64,000 nt of DNA, taken from contig OZ253442.1 in NCBI GenBank assembly GCA_965261085.1, forward strand, positions 3,552,001 through 3,616,000, written 5' to 3'. The position numbers and the translations under genes are program-made. The DNA comes from a bacterium. Its GTDB lineage: Bacteria > UBA8248. Positions within the stretch are counted from its first letter, which is position 1. Each line of letters begins with the position of its first letter. Positions 1 to 11,356 of this stretch are shown in pieces. The notes beneath the pieces were generated by a model. That model ran no database searches. It was not told where the DNA came from and saw nothing but the letters and a program-made list of their open reading frames with translations.

Positions 1-216
1 TCGGTGTTTTTCAGTTCCAGCCATGGTCGCTCGCATAAAACCATTTCTGGAAATATATTCATCCGAGGACAGGGATAAACCTAAAGGTGGTTATATTTCC
101 CAAGACAAATTCTTTTCTATTTTATCCAAAATTCCAAATAGTTGCGTATCAGATGGCGTTTGAAGTTTAGGGCGACGAAACTGTATCAGGAATAGCCGAC
201 AAAAACACTATGTGAA

Positions 217-245
217 AAAGTAATAAGTTCCTACAAATTTGTCAA
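217..245 (-). promoter_or_regulatory. sigma70-like promoter for a gene running off the left edge of the window
   Basis: Minus strand TTGACA (245-240), 17-nt spacer, TACTTT (222-217), just after the coaE stop. Confidence 0.55.
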
Positions 246-256
246 CACTTTTTATT

Positions 257-856
257 TTATATCCTAGAAAGTAATTTCATCAACTCCTCTACCTGCTTTC
301 GGGTATCATCGATCGAACCGCGATTGTCGATCACGTGATCCGCATACTTCACTTTTTCCGACAGCGGCATCTGCGCATTGACACGCTTTATGGCTTCGTC
401 TTCATTCATCCCGTTTCGGCGACGTAATCGGCATATTTGCTGAGATTCATCACAATCGACAACCACTATCGCGTCGAATCGCTTCCAGCTCCCGGATTCG
501 ATCATGACGGCGGCGTCCACAATCGCGATGGGCGCCCGCCCCTCCAGTTCCAGGTCTTTCAACCGCCTGTCTTGCTCGGCTATGATTTCAGGATGCAGAA
601 TGTTCTCCAGAATCTTCTTTTTCGAGGGGTCGGAAAAAACAATCTCCCCGAGTCTGGAGCGTTTCAGGCTCTTCTCGTCGGTGAGAACATCTTCTCCAAA
701 AGCATTGACGATCGCCACGAGAGCGCGAGACCCCGGAGCAACCACCTCACGCGCAATCACGTCCGCGTCGATTACCGGAACGTCCAGATCCGTGAACATC
801 CGGCTCACCGTGGATTTTCCGCTGGCGATTCCCCCAGTCAGGCCAACCTTGCGCAC
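257..856 (-). CDS. coaE: dephospho-CoA kinase
   Basis: VGLTGGIASGKST P-loop, DADVIAR, HPEI and RVNAQMP motifs; GTG at 856 chosen (ORF extends to 904). Confidence 0.95.
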   Translation of the reverse strand: MRKVGLTGGIASGKSTVSRMFTDLDVPVIDADVIAREVVAPGSRALVAIVNAFGEDVLTDEKSLKRSRLGEIVFSDPSKKKILENILHPEIIAEQDRRLKDLELEGRAPIAIVDAAVMIESGSWKRFDAIVVVDCDESQQICRLRRRNGMNEDEAIKRVNAQMPLSEKVKYADHVIDNRGSIDDTRKQVEELMKLLSRI

Positions 857-909
857 GTCACCACATTCGGTTTTCGAGAAGCACCATTTGAAGACATCCG
901 TCAAGGAGA

Positions 910-1185
910 TTAAATTCCCCGTCGTTTGGCCTCTTGCTCATAATGCTTGTTGAAGAGTATCTCCCAGTCACGACTCCCCTCCACCAGCCTGCTGGAATAC
1001 GTGCTTAAAACTCTTCGCACCTCTTCTTCAATCTCATCATCGATAATCAACTCGTTGCTGATGGCGCGTAGAACATTCATGCGAAAATCCTGGGGCTCGA
1101 CCAGAAAATCCACATCCTCACATTCTTCCATATCCTTGACGACTAAATTCGTCAGGTGATTGATCTTCTCGCGGCTGAGTTTCAT
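910..1185 (-). CDS. DUF507 family protein
   Basis: MKLSREKI...EEEVRRVL...WEILFNK...RRGI pattern; AAGGAG SD; paralog of the adjacent gene. Confidence 0.8.
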   Translation of the reverse strand: MKLSREKINHLTNLVVKDMEECEDVDFLVEPQDFRMNVLRAISNELIIDDEIEEEVRRVLSTYSSRLVEGSRDWEILFNKHYEQEAKRRGI

Positions 1186-1235
1186 GGCCGCGCTCTCCTT
1201 GTAATAAAAATGATCTGAAAAACTTCTCCATGTCG

Positions 1236-1517
1236 CTAAAGCACGAGATTTCGCTCGCGCGCCAGCTTTGTTTTCACCATCGTAAACATACGGCTGTAGT
1301 CCACGTTGCCCCTGTCCATTTCATCTTCGAAATCCCGCAAGATATCCTTGACCTCGTCGTTGAGGCGATCCTCCACCATCAAGTCCGCCTCGATTACATG
1401 CGCAATCCGGGTTCTGAGCACTTCCTCGTTCGAATCCTCGGATATCAATTCACGACGATTCAGCCTCTCGACGATCCTGCGGGCAATTCGCTCAATCATC
1501 TCTTTTCTCAGTCTCAT
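1236..1517 (-). CDS. DUF507 family protein
   Basis: MRLRKEMI...EDRLNDEV...DYSRMF.MVK.KLARERNLVL; GGAGG SD. Confidence 0.85.
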   Translation of the reverse strand: MRLRKEMIERIARRIVERLNRRELISEDSNEEVLRTRIAHVIEADLMVEDRLNDEVKDILRDFEDEMDRGNVDYSRMFTMVKTKLARERNLVL

Positions 1518-1537
1518 ATCGGGCCCTCCCCAGCAAT

Positions 1538-2607
1538 TTATAAGGCCGTATCACCTGCTTTTCTTCCGCGGCGGCCCTTGCGGTACTTCTTTAAGGCGGC
1601 TTCCAGATCTTGGGCAAACGCATCGCGCAATTCGGCCGGAGCCATCAATTCCGCTTCCTGACCGAAAGACATCAGCCATCGTCTGAAACCCCATATATCA
1701 CTTACCCGAACCATCACCTCGCGGCTCGATTTACTCGATTTCTTCAAATGCTCCACTTCGCCGAACGCTTCCTTCATGAAGGCGACGACCGCATGAAGCG
1801 CTACATCCTTCCCGAATCGAACCCTCACATTCAAACCATTATTCATCGCTTCGCGCAAACACTCGGCCAGCAAAGCCTTTAAATCCAATCCCAGCGGCAT
1901 TTGAAAGGCCCCGGCCACGATACGAACGCTTTCTATGCCCTCCAGATGCCAGACGTCCAAGACGTTTTTTTCGGATTCCCGCGCCAGCAGATGATAGCTC
2001 CCTCCCTCAAAATACAGGAGATACGGGTCTATCTTCCACCAGCGCTTCGAATCTCCCCTGCCCGGGCCGCCATGATGCGGGCTGGTTTTCCTTTTTTTAT
2101 CGCTTCGAGCAGGATGCCGCCCACCCTGCGCTGCCGCCCATGTTCTCTGAGCGCTCCCACGACTCCGGCGTAGCGTGGCTCCACTCCCTCCGCATATGCG
2201 CGCAGGGCCGCGGGAATATAATGGCGCAAGCGGCTGAAAACACCGCTGATGCTGGCGTTCAGCGCCTCCTCCCGCAATGGACTGCCCGGCAAACCCCTCA
2301 ACATGCACAGGGCGTAATACAATGACGCCCACTGCGAAGGCAAGAATGGCTTTGGAACCGAATCCACATATTCCTGCAATAAACGATACCTCATCTTTCG
2401 GCCCATGCGAACCCTCTCCAAAGGGAATCCCGCCTTCATCAAATGGGAAACGTCCCTTTGAAGCGTTCTCAAACTCCACTCATGGGCGGCGCCGTCCGCC
2501 GATTCTTCACTCAAGACTCCAAGGAGTTCTTCATAAGTCCAGCTATCCCCGCTCTCCAAAGCCCGGAGAAGCCGCCAGCGACGTATGAATTGATCCTGAA
2601 GCGCCAT
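1538..2607 (-). pseudogene. WYL-domain (HTH-WYL-WCX) transcriptional regulator split by a -1 frameshift near 2070-2098
   Basis: N-terminal wHTH (SLRTLQRDV) in the ORF from ATG 2607; WYL/WCX part (IDPYLL, YHLLA, WLMSFG..AE..AP.ELR) in the -1 frame ending at 1538. Confidence 0.75.
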
Positions 2608-2617
2608 CTGGCGTTCC

Positions 2618-3493
2618 TTATGTTGCCGCCCGGTGGGTTTTCGCACGTTCCGACAATTCAAACAGCAAACCCAAGGGCTGCGAGAATTGCCCCAATCTAT
2701 CCCGCTTATGCGGGACGCCGTGACAATCGGAGCCTCCCATACATAATAGCCCGTATTCTTTCGCTAATTTCCGGTAATGACTTTGCGCATCCGCGCCTTG
2801 AGCGGGGTGTTCCACCTCGATGCCCGAGAGTCCCGCTTCCGCCATGGCCGGGATGATTTCATCACACCCGTTCAGCAACGGATGGGCCAGGGTGGCGACA
2901 CCACCGGCGTCATGAATCAGTGTAAGCGCATCGAAATGGGAAAGTATATCCAGTTCCACATAGCCGGGCGCGCTTTCTCCGATATATCTCTCAAAAACCT
3001 CCCGGCGCGAGTTCGCGAAGCCCTTCTTGAGCATATACGTCCCCAACTGACCCCGGGTGATGCTGGGGCAATGCGCGTAGGTGTCGAAAAAATCTTTTTT
3101 GTCCACCGCCAGGCCACAGCGCCCCAGCCGATCGATTATCTCTCCCATCCTCTTCACTCTGGCTGATCCCTGCACCTTTATTTGCTTCACCAGACGAGGC
3201 GCGTCCGGCCGAATGAAATGCCCGAGAAGGTGCACGCTCCGGCCCAGATGGTCACAAGAGAATTCGATGCCCGGCACAAATTCGATCCCCAGCCTTTCCG
3301 CCTCCACGCTCGCGCGAGCCAAACCGGCGACCGTGTCGTGATCCGTGAGTGATATGGCGCGAATGCCCGCTCGTTTCGCCCTTTGGATGAGCTTTTCCGG
3401 GGAGTCCAGGCCATCGGACATATTCGAGTGGGCGTGAAACTCCACGACCTTCTCATCCAGGGAGAGGCCGCTTAAGTTCGAGACAAACGCCAT
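2618..3493 (-). CDS. PHP-domain metal-dependent phosphoesterase (TrpH/YciV-like)
   Basis: FHAHSNMSDG, LTDHD, GIEFS, HLLG, LAHP and GGSDCHG motifs. Confidence 0.9.
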   Translation of the reverse strand: MAFVSNLSGLSLDEKVVEFHAHSNMSDGLDSPEKLIQRAKRAGIRAISLTDHDTVAGLARASVEAERLGIEFVPGIEFSCDHLGRSVHLLGHFIRPDAPRLVKQIKVQGSARVKRMGEIIDRLGRCGLAVDKKDFFDTYAHCPSITRGQLGTYMLKKGFANSRREVFERYIGESAPGYVELDILSHFDALTLIHDAGGVATLAHPLLNGCDEIIPAMAEAGLSGIEVEHPAQGADAQSHYRKLAKEYGLLCMGGSDCHGVPHKRDRLGQFSQPLGLLFELSERAKTHRAAT

Positions 3494-3547
3494 AGATACA
3501 GATTCCTGAATACGAGGGAAACGGCGACTTTCACCCAACGCAATGAA

Positions 3548-3622
<75 letters not shown>

Positions 3623-3632
3623 CTACATCTTG

Positions 3633-3662
3633 ACGATAGGGCCATGTCGCCGATGGTGTCAA
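3633..3662 (-). promoter_or_regulatory. sigma70-like promoter of tRNA-Gly
   Basis: TTGACA (3662-3657), 18-nt spacer, TATCGT (3638-3633), about 10 nt before the tRNA. Confidence 0.7.
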
Positions 3663-3702
3663 GGAAATGAAAGAGAAAATAATGCAATCGACAAACAACG
3701 CG

Positions 3703-4551
3703 TCATCGCGCCAGCGTCCATTCTTCGTTTTCATACCGGGCCCGGGATATCTTGAGCGCCCTCGCGTTCTCGACCCCCGACAGCGCGCGGGGGGAAAAGC
3801 GAAAACCCAAAACCTTCTCGAGGCCCGCCTTCGAGGCGTCGGCCACATCGCGAAAAGAAATTTCCTCGCCCAGGACCTCCCAAAGACCGACCGCGTGGGC
3901 GCAGCGGGAGAGCACGCGCTCGGCCCCCCTCGGCTTGAGAAGACTCGCGAGGCGCTCCTCGGAGGAGCGAAGCAGAATGCTCCCGTGCTGTAAAACTGCG
4001 CCACCTTCGCGGCACTGCGCGCTGCCCACCATTTTCTGACCGCCAATCGCAATCTCCCACACCGACGCCGTGGCGAAACAAGAGCCTTGCGAGGCGTACG
4101 CGCTCCCGCTCGGGGGAGCCAATTCGACCTGCGCTCCCAGGGACGCCAAACCCTCGGCCAGACCCTGGCTGATTCTGCGGTAGGTTTCCTCAATCGCATC
4201 GCCCAGCAGAGCCTGCGAGCCGGTGATGGAATACGTCAACTCACAATCATGCAGCACCGCGCGTCCGCCTGTGAGCCTTCGGCAGATGTCGATTCCCTCA
4301 TCCGCGAGTCGTCCTAAAAAAATATCGCGCTCGGCGGGCTGGCCGCGGCCCAGGGAGATCGCCGGGGACGACCAGGCATAGACGCGAAAGGTGACGGGCG
4401 CCTCTTCGGGAGGGCGATTGTTTCTCAGATGGGCCTGACAACTCTCGAACAACAACTCGTCCACCGCCATGTTCCAGGCGGCGGAGGACTCGCCCGTGTC
4501 CAGGAATCGCGCATGGGGGATTTCTCGGGGTTCAGCGTTTGCGCGTTGCAT
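3703..4551 (-). CDS. lipoate-protein ligase family protein (LipM-like octanoyltransferase)
   Basis: NMAVDE, RRLTGGRAVLH, ELTYS, SCF, KMVGSAQ, LQHGS; directly downstream of gcvP. Confidence 0.88.
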   Translation of the reverse strand: MQRANAEPREIPHARFLDTGESSAAWNMAVDELLFESCQAHLRNNRPPEEAPVTFRVYAWSSPAISLGRGQPAERDIFLGRLADEGIDICRRLTGGRAVLHDCELTYSITGSQALLGDAIEETYRRISQGLAEGLASLGAQVELAPPSGSAYASQGSCFATASVWEIAIGGQKMVGSAQCREGGAVLQHGSILLRSSEERLASLLKPRGAERVLSRCAHAVGLWEVLGEEISFRDVADASKAGLEKVLGFRFSPRALSGVENARALKISRARYENEEWTLAR

Positions 4552-4553
4552 TC

Positions 4554-7442
4554 TCAGGCATAGTTCTCGACAGGCAAACAAGAGCAGACCAGATTCCTGT
4601 CTCCATATGGGTTGTTCACCCGTTTCACGGGGGGCCAGTACTTCGCCGCGCGCACCCAGGGCAGCGGGAAAACGGCTTTCTCGCGCGAATAGGGGTGGGT
4701 CCATTCATCCGACGCGATGTCCGACGCCGTGTGGGGCGCATTTTTGAGAGCGTTGTCTTCTCCGCTCATGGCCCCGTTCTCGATTTCCCTAATATCCGCC
4801 CGGATGTCGATCATCGCGTCACAGAAACGATCCAGTTCTTCTCGCGATTCGCTCTCCGTCGGCTCGATCATCAAGGTTCCCGCCACGGGAAAAGACATCG
4901 TGGGCGCATGGAAGCCATAGTCCATCAGGCGTTTCGCAATATCCTCGTTTGTCACGCCCGAGGCTTCCTGCAGGGGCCTGATGTCGATGATGCACTCATG
5001 CGCCACCATGCCGTTCGCCCCCTTGTATAAAACCTCATAGTGGGGCTCGAGCCTATTGGCCACGTAATTCGCGCTCAGAATAGCCACCTGTGTCGCCTTG
5101 ACGAGACCCTCGCCACCCATCATGGCGATATACATCCAGGAAATGGGCAATATACCGGCGCTTCCCCAGGGCGCTGCGGAAACCGCATCCACACCCGTCT
5201 CAGGCCCCACTCCCGAAACCACCGAATGTTTCGGCAAATAAGGGGACAAATGCTTCACGACGCCAATGGGGCCCATGCCGGGTCCCCCACCACCGTGGGG
5301 AATGCAAAACGTCTTGTGAAGGTTCATGTGGGAAACGTCGGGCCCGAACTCGCCGGGCTTGCAGATTCCGACCAGCGCATTGAGGTTCGCGCCGTCCATG
5401 TACACCTGACCGCCGTTTCGATGGATGATCTCGCAAATTTCCACCACGCCTTCCTCGAAAACGCCGTGCGTCGAGGGGTAGGTGATCATCAAGGCGGCGA
5501 GTTTTTCCGAAAATATTTCCGCCTTCTCCCTCAAATCTGTAATGTCCACGTTCCCGTTTGCATCACAATCGACGACCACCACCTCAAAGCCGGCCATGAC
5601 GGCGCTCGCGGGATTCGTTCCGTGGGCCGAGCTAGGAATCAGGCAGATGTTTCGATAACCCTCGTTTTTGCTCTCATGGTATTTGCGGATGACCAACAAA
5701 CCGGCGTATTCACCCTGCGCACCCGAGTTGGGCTGCATGGAAATGGAATCGAACCCCGTGCACTCGGCCAGCATGTTTTCCAGATCACCGATGAAATCCC
5801 GATAGCCCCGCACCTGTTCCTCTGGCGCGAACGGGTGAATCCCGCCGAATTCTTCCCACGTCACGGGAATCATCTCGGTGGTGGCATTGAGTTTCATCGT
5901 GCACGAGCCAAGGGGAATCATCGAGCGCGTAAGCGCGATGTCTTTTTCTTGAAGACGATAGATGTAGCGCAGCATTTCATGTTCCGCGTGGTAGGAATTG
6001 AAAACCGGATGCGTCATGTAGGGCGAGGTTCTTCTCAGGGGATCCGGAATCCGCTCCGCCGCTTCGGCCTCGACGTCATCGAACGATACGGGAGTTGACC
6101 CCACCTCGGCAAAAACCTCCCAAAGTGCTTCAACGTCTTCTCTACCGGTGGTCTCATCAAAGGCGATGCCGACGGTATCTTCATCGAGTCGCCTGAGGTT
6201 CATCCGCCGCTCCGCCGCTTTTTCGACGATTGGAGAAGCGCCTCCCGCGCCCACGCGCACCGCCACGGTGTCGAAAAAGGAATCCGCCGCCAAAGAGTAG
6301 CCCATGCGCTCGAGGCCATCGGCCAGCGCACAGGCCAGGCGGTGCGTTCTCCGGGCGATCCTCTCCACGCCGCCCGGGCCGTGGTAGACGCCGTACATGC
6401 TCGCGATGACGGCCAGCAGGACCTGGGACGTGCATATGTTGCTCGTGGCGCGCTCACGGCGTATGTGCTGTTCCCTCGTCTGCAAGGAGAGTCTCAAGGC
6501 GGGGTCTTCGTTCGCATCGATTGATACGCCGACGATGCGGCCCGGCATGGCGCGCTTGTACCTCTCCTGCGTCGCCAGATAGGCCGCATGCGGCCCACCG
6601 AAACCGAGGGGAACGCCGAAGCGCTGCGAATTCCCGACCACGACGTCGGCCCCGAACTCACCGGGGGGCTTCAGGAGCGCCAGGGCGAGAATGTCTGCGG
6701 CGACGACGACGAGGGCGTCCGTCTCGTGCGCTTTTTCCGCAAAATCGGCGTAGTCGAATATCTCCCCACTCGATGCAGGATACTGAAGCAAGACGCCGAA
6801 AACATCCCCGTCCAGCGCGACGCCTCGATGATCGTCCACCACCACTTCTATGTTCTGGGGTTCCGCCCTCGTGCGCACCACTTCAATCGTCTGGGGGTGG
6901 CAGTCTTTCGAGATGAAAAACTTGCGCCCCTTGTTCTTGCTCGCGTTCATCACCATGGTCATCGCCTCGGCGGCGGCCGTGCCCTCATCCAGCAAGGAGG
7001 CGTTGGCGATCTCCATGCCGGTGAGGTCCATGATCATGGTCTGAAAATTCAGGAGCGCCTCCATGCGCCCCTGCGAGATTTCCGGCTGATAGGGCGTGTA
7101 CGCCGTATACCAGCCCGGATTTTCCAGGATGTTGCGAAGAACTACCGTCGGGGTGTGGCAATCCGAATATCCCATGCCGAGCATGGACTTGAACACCTGA
7201 TTCCGGCCCGCGAAAGAACCCAAATCGACCAGTGCCTGTTGCTCGGTTCTGGGCGCGGCGAGTCCCAGCTTCGTGTTGGAAATGATGGATGAGGGTATGG
7301 CTTTTGCGACCAGTTCTTCCAGGGAGCCCAGATCAATCGCCCCCAGCATCGACCCGATGTCTTCATCGCTCGGCGCAATGTGGCGATGAATGAATTCTCC
7401 CCGATTCTCGAGATTATCGAGAGACAAGCGAGATTCCGGCAT
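4554..7442 (-). CDS. gcvP: glycine dehydrogenase (decarboxylating), P protein
   Basis: [36 protein letters not shown] lysine, GGGGPG; 962 aa single chain. Confidence 0.98.
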   Translation of the reverse strand: MPESRLSLDNLENRGEFIHRHIAPSDEDIGSMLGAIDLGSLEELVAKAIPSSIISNTKLGLAAPRTEQQALVDLGSFAGRNQVFKSMLGMGYSDCHTPTVVLRNILENPGWYTAYTPYQPEISQGRMEALLNFQTMIMDLTGMEIANASLLDEGTAAAEAMTMVMNASKNKGRKFFISKDCHPQTIEVVRTRAEPQNIEVVVDDHRGVALDGDVFGVLLQYPASSGEIFDYADFAEKAHETDALVVVAADILALALLKPPGEFGADVVVGNSQRFGVPLGFGGPHAAYLATQERYKRAMPGRIVGVSIDANEDPALRLSLQTREQHIRRERATSNICTSQVLLAVIASMYGVYHGPGGVERIARRTHRLACALADGLERMGYSLAADSFFDTVAVRVGAGGASPIVEKAAERRMNLRRLDEDTVGIAFDETTGREDVEALWEVFAEVGSTPVSFDDVEAEAAERIPDPLRRTSPYMTHPVFNSYHAEHEMLRYIYRLQEKDIALTRSMIPLGSCTMKLNATTEMIPVTWEEFGGIHPFAPEEQVRGYRDFIGDLENMLAECTGFDSISMQPNSGAQGEYAGLLVIRKYHESKNEGYRNICLIPSSAHGTNPASAVMAGFEVVVVDCDANGNVDITDLREKAEIFSEKLAALMITYPSTHGVFEEGVVEICEIIHRNGGQVYMDGANLNALVGICKPGEFGPDVSHMNLHKTFCIPHGGGGPGMGPIGVVKHLSPYLPKHSVVSGVGPETGVDAVSAAPWGSAGILPISWMYIAMMGGEGLVKATQVAILSANYVANRLEPHYEVLYKGANGMVAHECIIDIRPLQEASGVTNEDIAKRLMDYGFHAPTMSFPVAGTLMIEPTESESREELDRFCDAMIDIRADIREIENGAMSGEDNALKNAPHTASDIASDEWTHPYSREKAVFPLPWVRAAKYWPPVKRVNNPYGDRNLVCSCLPVENYA

Positions 7443-7549
7443 GAATGCGCCCCTTCAGGTTATGGGGATTCAGGCGGATACGTCATTTCCGCTCCGGTTC
7501 ACGGGAGATGAAAAATCGCTTCCAGCGCGAAGGAGAGAGCCGTTTCAGG

Positions 7550-7939
7550 CTAATCGCTTTCCTCCTCGGTGTACGCCCGGTACGAATCGGCTTCCAGAAG
7601 TTCGTTCAACTCCGACTCGTCTTTCATCTCCACGCGAATCATCCAGCCGTCTTCATAGGGGTCGGAATTCACGAGTTCGGGCTCGTCCTCGAGCGTCGTG
7701 TTCACCTCGGTGACGACGCCCGAGACCGGCGCAAAGAGGTCCGAGACCGCCTTGACGCTCTCCACGACGCCGAAGGTGTTGTTCGCCTCCACCTCCAACC
7801 CGACTTCGGGCAGTTCGACGTACACCACGTCCCCCAGTTCAGCTTGGGCGAAGTCCGTTATCCCAATCAACGCGGTATTTTCCTCTACCCTCACCCACTC
7901 GTGTTCTCTGGAATATTTGAGGCCGCTCGGTAGTTCCAT
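7550..7939 (-). CDS. gcvH: glycine cleavage system H protein
   Basis: [19 protein letters not shown] lipoyl lysine, VNSDPY. Confidence 0.98.
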   Translation of the reverse strand: MELPSGLKYSREHEWVRVEENTALIGITDFAQAELGDVVYVELPEVGLEVEANNTFGVVESVKAVSDLFAPVSGVVTEVNTTLEDEPELVNSDPYEDGWMIRVEMKDESELNELLEADSYRAYTEEESD

Positions 7940-8013
7940 GCTCCTGAATGCCTCCCTTTTAGATGACGGCAGTTCCTTATGATTTGTTATGAGAAAACGG
8001 AATTCACTCCGTT

Positions 8014-9123
8014 TTAACTCTTTTTGTAAAAAGGCGTCTTCACTATCTGCGCCCGCCTGGCCTTGCCGCGAATGTCGATTTCGAGAGCAGCGCCCTCATC
8101 CGCATTCGACGCAGGAACGTAGCCTATCCCGATGGCTTTGCCAAGAGAGGGACTCATCGTCCCGCTCGTAACGCCTCCGGCCACTTCGCCGTCGATCAGG
8201 ACGGGCGCTCCATGACGAGGAATACCACGATCCACCATTTCGAATCCAACCAGTTTTCTCTTTACTCCTTCGGCCTTGAGGGCCAGCAATTTCTCCCGGC
8301 CGACGAAATCTCCCGCCTTGTACTTCACCACCCAGCCGAGGCCCGCCTCGAGTGGGTGGGTGGACTCGTCGATATCGTTTCCGTACAGGGCGAATTTCAT
8401 CTCCGTGCGTAAGGTATCCCGCGCGCCCAGCCCACAGGGCTTGAGTCCCTCGCCCCCGCCCTCGCTCATCAGCGCATCCCAGATCGCGGGCGCATCGGGT
8501 GATTTGCAATACAACTCGAAGCCGTCCTCTCCCGTGTAGCCCGTGCGGGAGACCAGCACCTCACACCCCGCCACGTCCTTATACCGCGCCCCGTAATAGG
8601 GGATGTCCGCGAGGTCCCCTCCCCCCGGAATCAATGTCCCTAAAATGGATTCGGCTTTGGGGCCCTGTAAGGCGAGGAGGCCCGTCTCATCGCTCACGTT
8701 TTGAAACGCACACGCCTCGGTGTGGTGGGAGGACATCCACTCCCAATCCTTTTCGATGTTCGCCGCGTTCACGACGGCCATGTAGCGCTCTTCTTCGAGC
8801 CGGTAGACCGTGAGGTCATCCACGATGCCGCCTTCCGCCCGGCACATGGCCGCATACAGGACGCCGCCCACGTCGAGCCTCAGCACGTTGTTCGTGACCA
8901 TCTTGTGGATGAAAACGCCCGCGTACTTCCCCCGGGCTTCGAACTCGCCCATGTGGCTCACGTCGAACAGGCCGGCCGCCTCGCGCACCGCATGGTGCTC
9001 ATCGATGACACCCGTGTACTGGACGGGCATTTCATAGCCCGCGAAGGGCACCATCTTGGCGCCTGCGGCCTTGTGGGTTTCATAAAGGGAGGTTCTACGC
9101 AGTTCCTGTTCGCCACTCGCCAT
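8014..9123 (-). CDS. gcvT: glycine cleavage system aminomethyltransferase T
   Basis: [31 protein letters not shown]. Confidence 0.97.
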   Translation of the reverse strand: MASGEQELRRTSLYETHKAAGAKMVPFAGYEMPVQYTGVIDEHHAVREAAGLFDVSHMGEFEARGKYAGVFIHKMVTNNVLRLDVGGVLYAAMCRAEGGIVDDLTVYRLEEERYMAVVNAANIEKDWEWMSSHHTEACAFQNVSDETGLLALQGPKAESILGTLIPGGGDLADIPYYGARYKDVAGCEVLVSRTGYTGEDGFELYCKSPDAPAIWDALMSEGGGEGLKPCGLGARDTLRTEMKFALYGNDIDESTHPLEAGLGWVVKYKAGDFVGREKLLALKAEGVKRKLVGFEMVDRGIPRHGAPVLIDGEVAGGVTSGTMSPSLGKAIGIGYVPASNADEGAALEIDIRGKARRAQIVKTPFYKKS

Positions 9124-9286
9124 GAACGACCCCCCGCGCCTGATGGAAATTCCGCTCCTCCACGAGCCTTACCGCGTATCGGGATGAATTTCAAGGGTTT
9201 CGTTCTAATTCACCGGAAAAACCGGGAGTACGGCTCAAAACGAATTTACAAGAAACGGAATTTCAAGGATTCAGAAAATCCCTCAC

Positions 9287-10438
9287 CTATGAAAACGCGC
9301 GGATTCCGGTTTCATACCCGGCGATGATGAGTTTTTGAATCTGGCTGGTTCCCTCGTAAATCGTCGCTACGCGGGCGTCGCGCATGTAGCGCTCCACGGG
9401 ATACTCGTTGCTGTAGCCCATGCCGCCATGAACCTGAATGGCGTCGTTCGCGCAGCGCAGGGCCGCTTCGCTGCAATAGTATTTGGCGATGGAGGTCTCG
9501 CGCGTATTCGGCTTGCCAGCATTCTTGAGCTCGCCCGCCCGGTAGAGCAGGAGCCTGCTCGCGTCGATATCGACCACCATGCGGGCGATCATGTCCTGTA
9601 CGAGTTGATGCGCCGCAATGGGCTTGCCGAACGTGTGGCGCTCCTTCGCGTAGGCGACGGACGCCTCGAGAGAGCCTTGCGCGATTCCCAGACAACCAGC
9701 GGCCACCGAATAGCGACCGTTGTCCAGCGCGCTCATAGCGACCTTGAAGCCATCACCCACCTCTCCCATCAAGGCGTCATCGGGCGCCTCCACGTTCGCC
9801 AGGAAAAGCTCCGCCGTGTCTGAACTGCGAAGCCCCAGCTTTCCGTGCATCGTCTTCGCCTCGAAGCCGGGCAGGTCGGTTTCCACCAGAAACGCCGCCA
9901 TCTTCCGGGGATTCTCGCGATCGGTCTGCGCGATCACGAGCGCCAGTTGCGCGACGCCGCCGTTGCTAATCCATATCTTCTGCCCGCTCAGCTTCCAGCC
10001 GCCCGAGATCTTCTGCGCAAAAGTCTTCAAGTTCTGCGCGTCCGAGCCCACGTCCGGCTCCGTCAAGCCGAAACACCCTATCCATTCCGCCGAGCACAGC
10101 CTGGGCAGGTATTTATTCTTCTGCGCCTCACTCCCCCACTTGAGGATCGTGGTGGCGACGAGAGAAAGCTGCACCGACAAGACGGTGCGCACCGAACTAC
10201 ACGCCTTGCTTATCTCCTCGTTCATGATGGCGTAGGAGATATAGTCGAGACCCCCACCGCCGTATTCTTCAGGTATCGGCCCGCCGAACATTCCCAACTC
10301 GCCCATTTCGCGCACGATGTCCGCCGGGTACCTTTCTTTCTCGTCGTTCTCCCGGGCCACGGGCACGATTCGCCTCTTGGCGAACTCCGCCGCCGTATCC
10401 TTGATCAGCCGCTGGGTCTCGTTGAGTTCAAAATCCAC
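9287..10438 (-). CDS. acyl-CoA dehydrogenase (short/branched-chain type)
   Basis: GCFGLTEP..GSD, KIWISNG, QVHGGMGY, IYEGTSQIQ. Confidence 0.93.
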   Translation of the reverse strand: MDFELNETQRLIKDTAAEFAKRRIVPVARENDEKERYPADIVREMGELGMFGGPIPEEYGGGGLDYISYAIMNEEISKACSSVRTVLSVQLSLVATTILKWGSEAQKNKYLPRLCSAEWIGCFGLTEPDVGSDAQNLKTFAQKISGGWKLSGQKIWISNGGVAQLALVIAQTDRENPRKMAAFLVETDLPGFEAKTMHGKLGLRSSDTAELFLANVEAPDDALMGEVGDGFKVAMSALDNGRYSVAAGCLGIAQGSLEASVAYAKERHTFGKPIAAHQLVQDMIARMVVDIDASRLLLYRAGELKNAGKPNTRETSIAKYYCSEAALRCANDAIQVHGGMGYSNEYPVERYMRDARVATIYEGTSQIQKLIIAGYETGIRAFS

Positions 10439-10459
10439 TGTTATCTCAGGATTCGGGCT

Positions 10460-11317
10460 TTAGGATTCATACGTGAAGAAACCGCGGCCCGTCTTGCGGC
10501 CCAGGTGGCCCGCCCTGACCATCTTGCGCAACAAGAAGTTGGGCCGGTAGCGCGTGTCACCCAGTTCGCGGTAGAGCGTCTCCGTCTTGGCGAGGTGGAT
10601 ATCCACGCCGATCAGGTCGATGAGTTCCAAAGGACCCATGGGCAGGCCTGCGCCCATCTTCATCGCCTTGTCGATGTCCTCGGCGGACGCCAAACCGCCC
10701 GCATAGACCTCCACCGCCTCGTTTAGCATCCCCGCCAGCACGCGGCTGCCGATGCCCGCCGGGCTGTCGAAATTCGCCATGACGGGCACCTTGCCGAGCC
10801 GCTCGGCCAGGTTGCGCACGGCTTCCACCGTATCTTTCGAGGTGCCGAGGCCCGGCATGATCTCCACGAGCTTCATGACCACCGGCGGGTTGAAGAAATG
10901 AACGCCCACCACCTTCTCCGGCCTCGATGTGGCCGCCGCCATCTCGGTGATGGAGAGCGAAGTCGTATTCGACGCGAAGATCGCGCCCTCAGGCGCTGCT
11001 TCATCCAGAGCGCCCAACACCTCTTTCTTGATTTCCATGTCCTCGAAAACCGCCTCGACGACGATGTCCACCTCCGCCGCCTTCGAATAACCCGTCCCCG
11101 GCGTGATGCGCGAGAAAATGGCGTCTTTATCCTCCGCGCTCATCTTGCCCTGCTCGACGCGCTTCGCGACGCGCGCCTCAAGGCCCCCGAGAGCCTTCAC
11201 GACCATCTCTTCGCTCAAGTCGGTCAGAACCACCGGAATCTCGTTTTGCGCGAAAATCTGGGCGATTCCTGCGCCCATCGTACCCGCGCCCACCACCATT
11301 GCTTTTTCTATACCCAT
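10460..11317 (-). CDS. 3-hydroxybutyryl/3-hydroxyacyl-CoA dehydrogenase
   Basis: GAGTMGAGIA, EAVFE, SNTTS, HFFNP, PMGP, GRKTGRGF. Confidence 0.93.
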   Translation of the reverse strand: MGIEKAMVVGAGTMGAGIAQIFAQNEIPVVLTDLSEEMVVKALGGLEARVAKRVEQGKMSAEDKDAIFSRITPGTGYSKAAEVDIVVEAVFEDMEIKKEVLGALDEAAPEGAIFASNTTSLSITEMAAATSRPEKVVGVHFFNPPVVMKLVEIMPGLGTSKDTVEAVRNLAERLGKVPVMANFDSPAGIGSRVLAGMLNEAVEVYAGGLASAEDIDKAMKMGAGLPMGPLELIDLIGVDIHLAKTETLYRELGDTRYRPNFLLRKMVRAGHLGRKTGRGFFTYES

Positions 11318-11356
11318 CTCACCCTCTAGTGTCCCTGAACCTTATAAAACCCGCGT

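Noticed and set aside
1-60. Start of a minus-strand gene, possibly rho given the coaE context
   Set aside because: Only a few codons are visible; frame and identity cannot be supported
7443-7549. Possible glycine riboswitch between gcvH and gcvP (GGAGAG and TCAGG words)
   Set aside because: The words are on the non-coding strand and do not form the aptamer order; none found upstream of gcvT either
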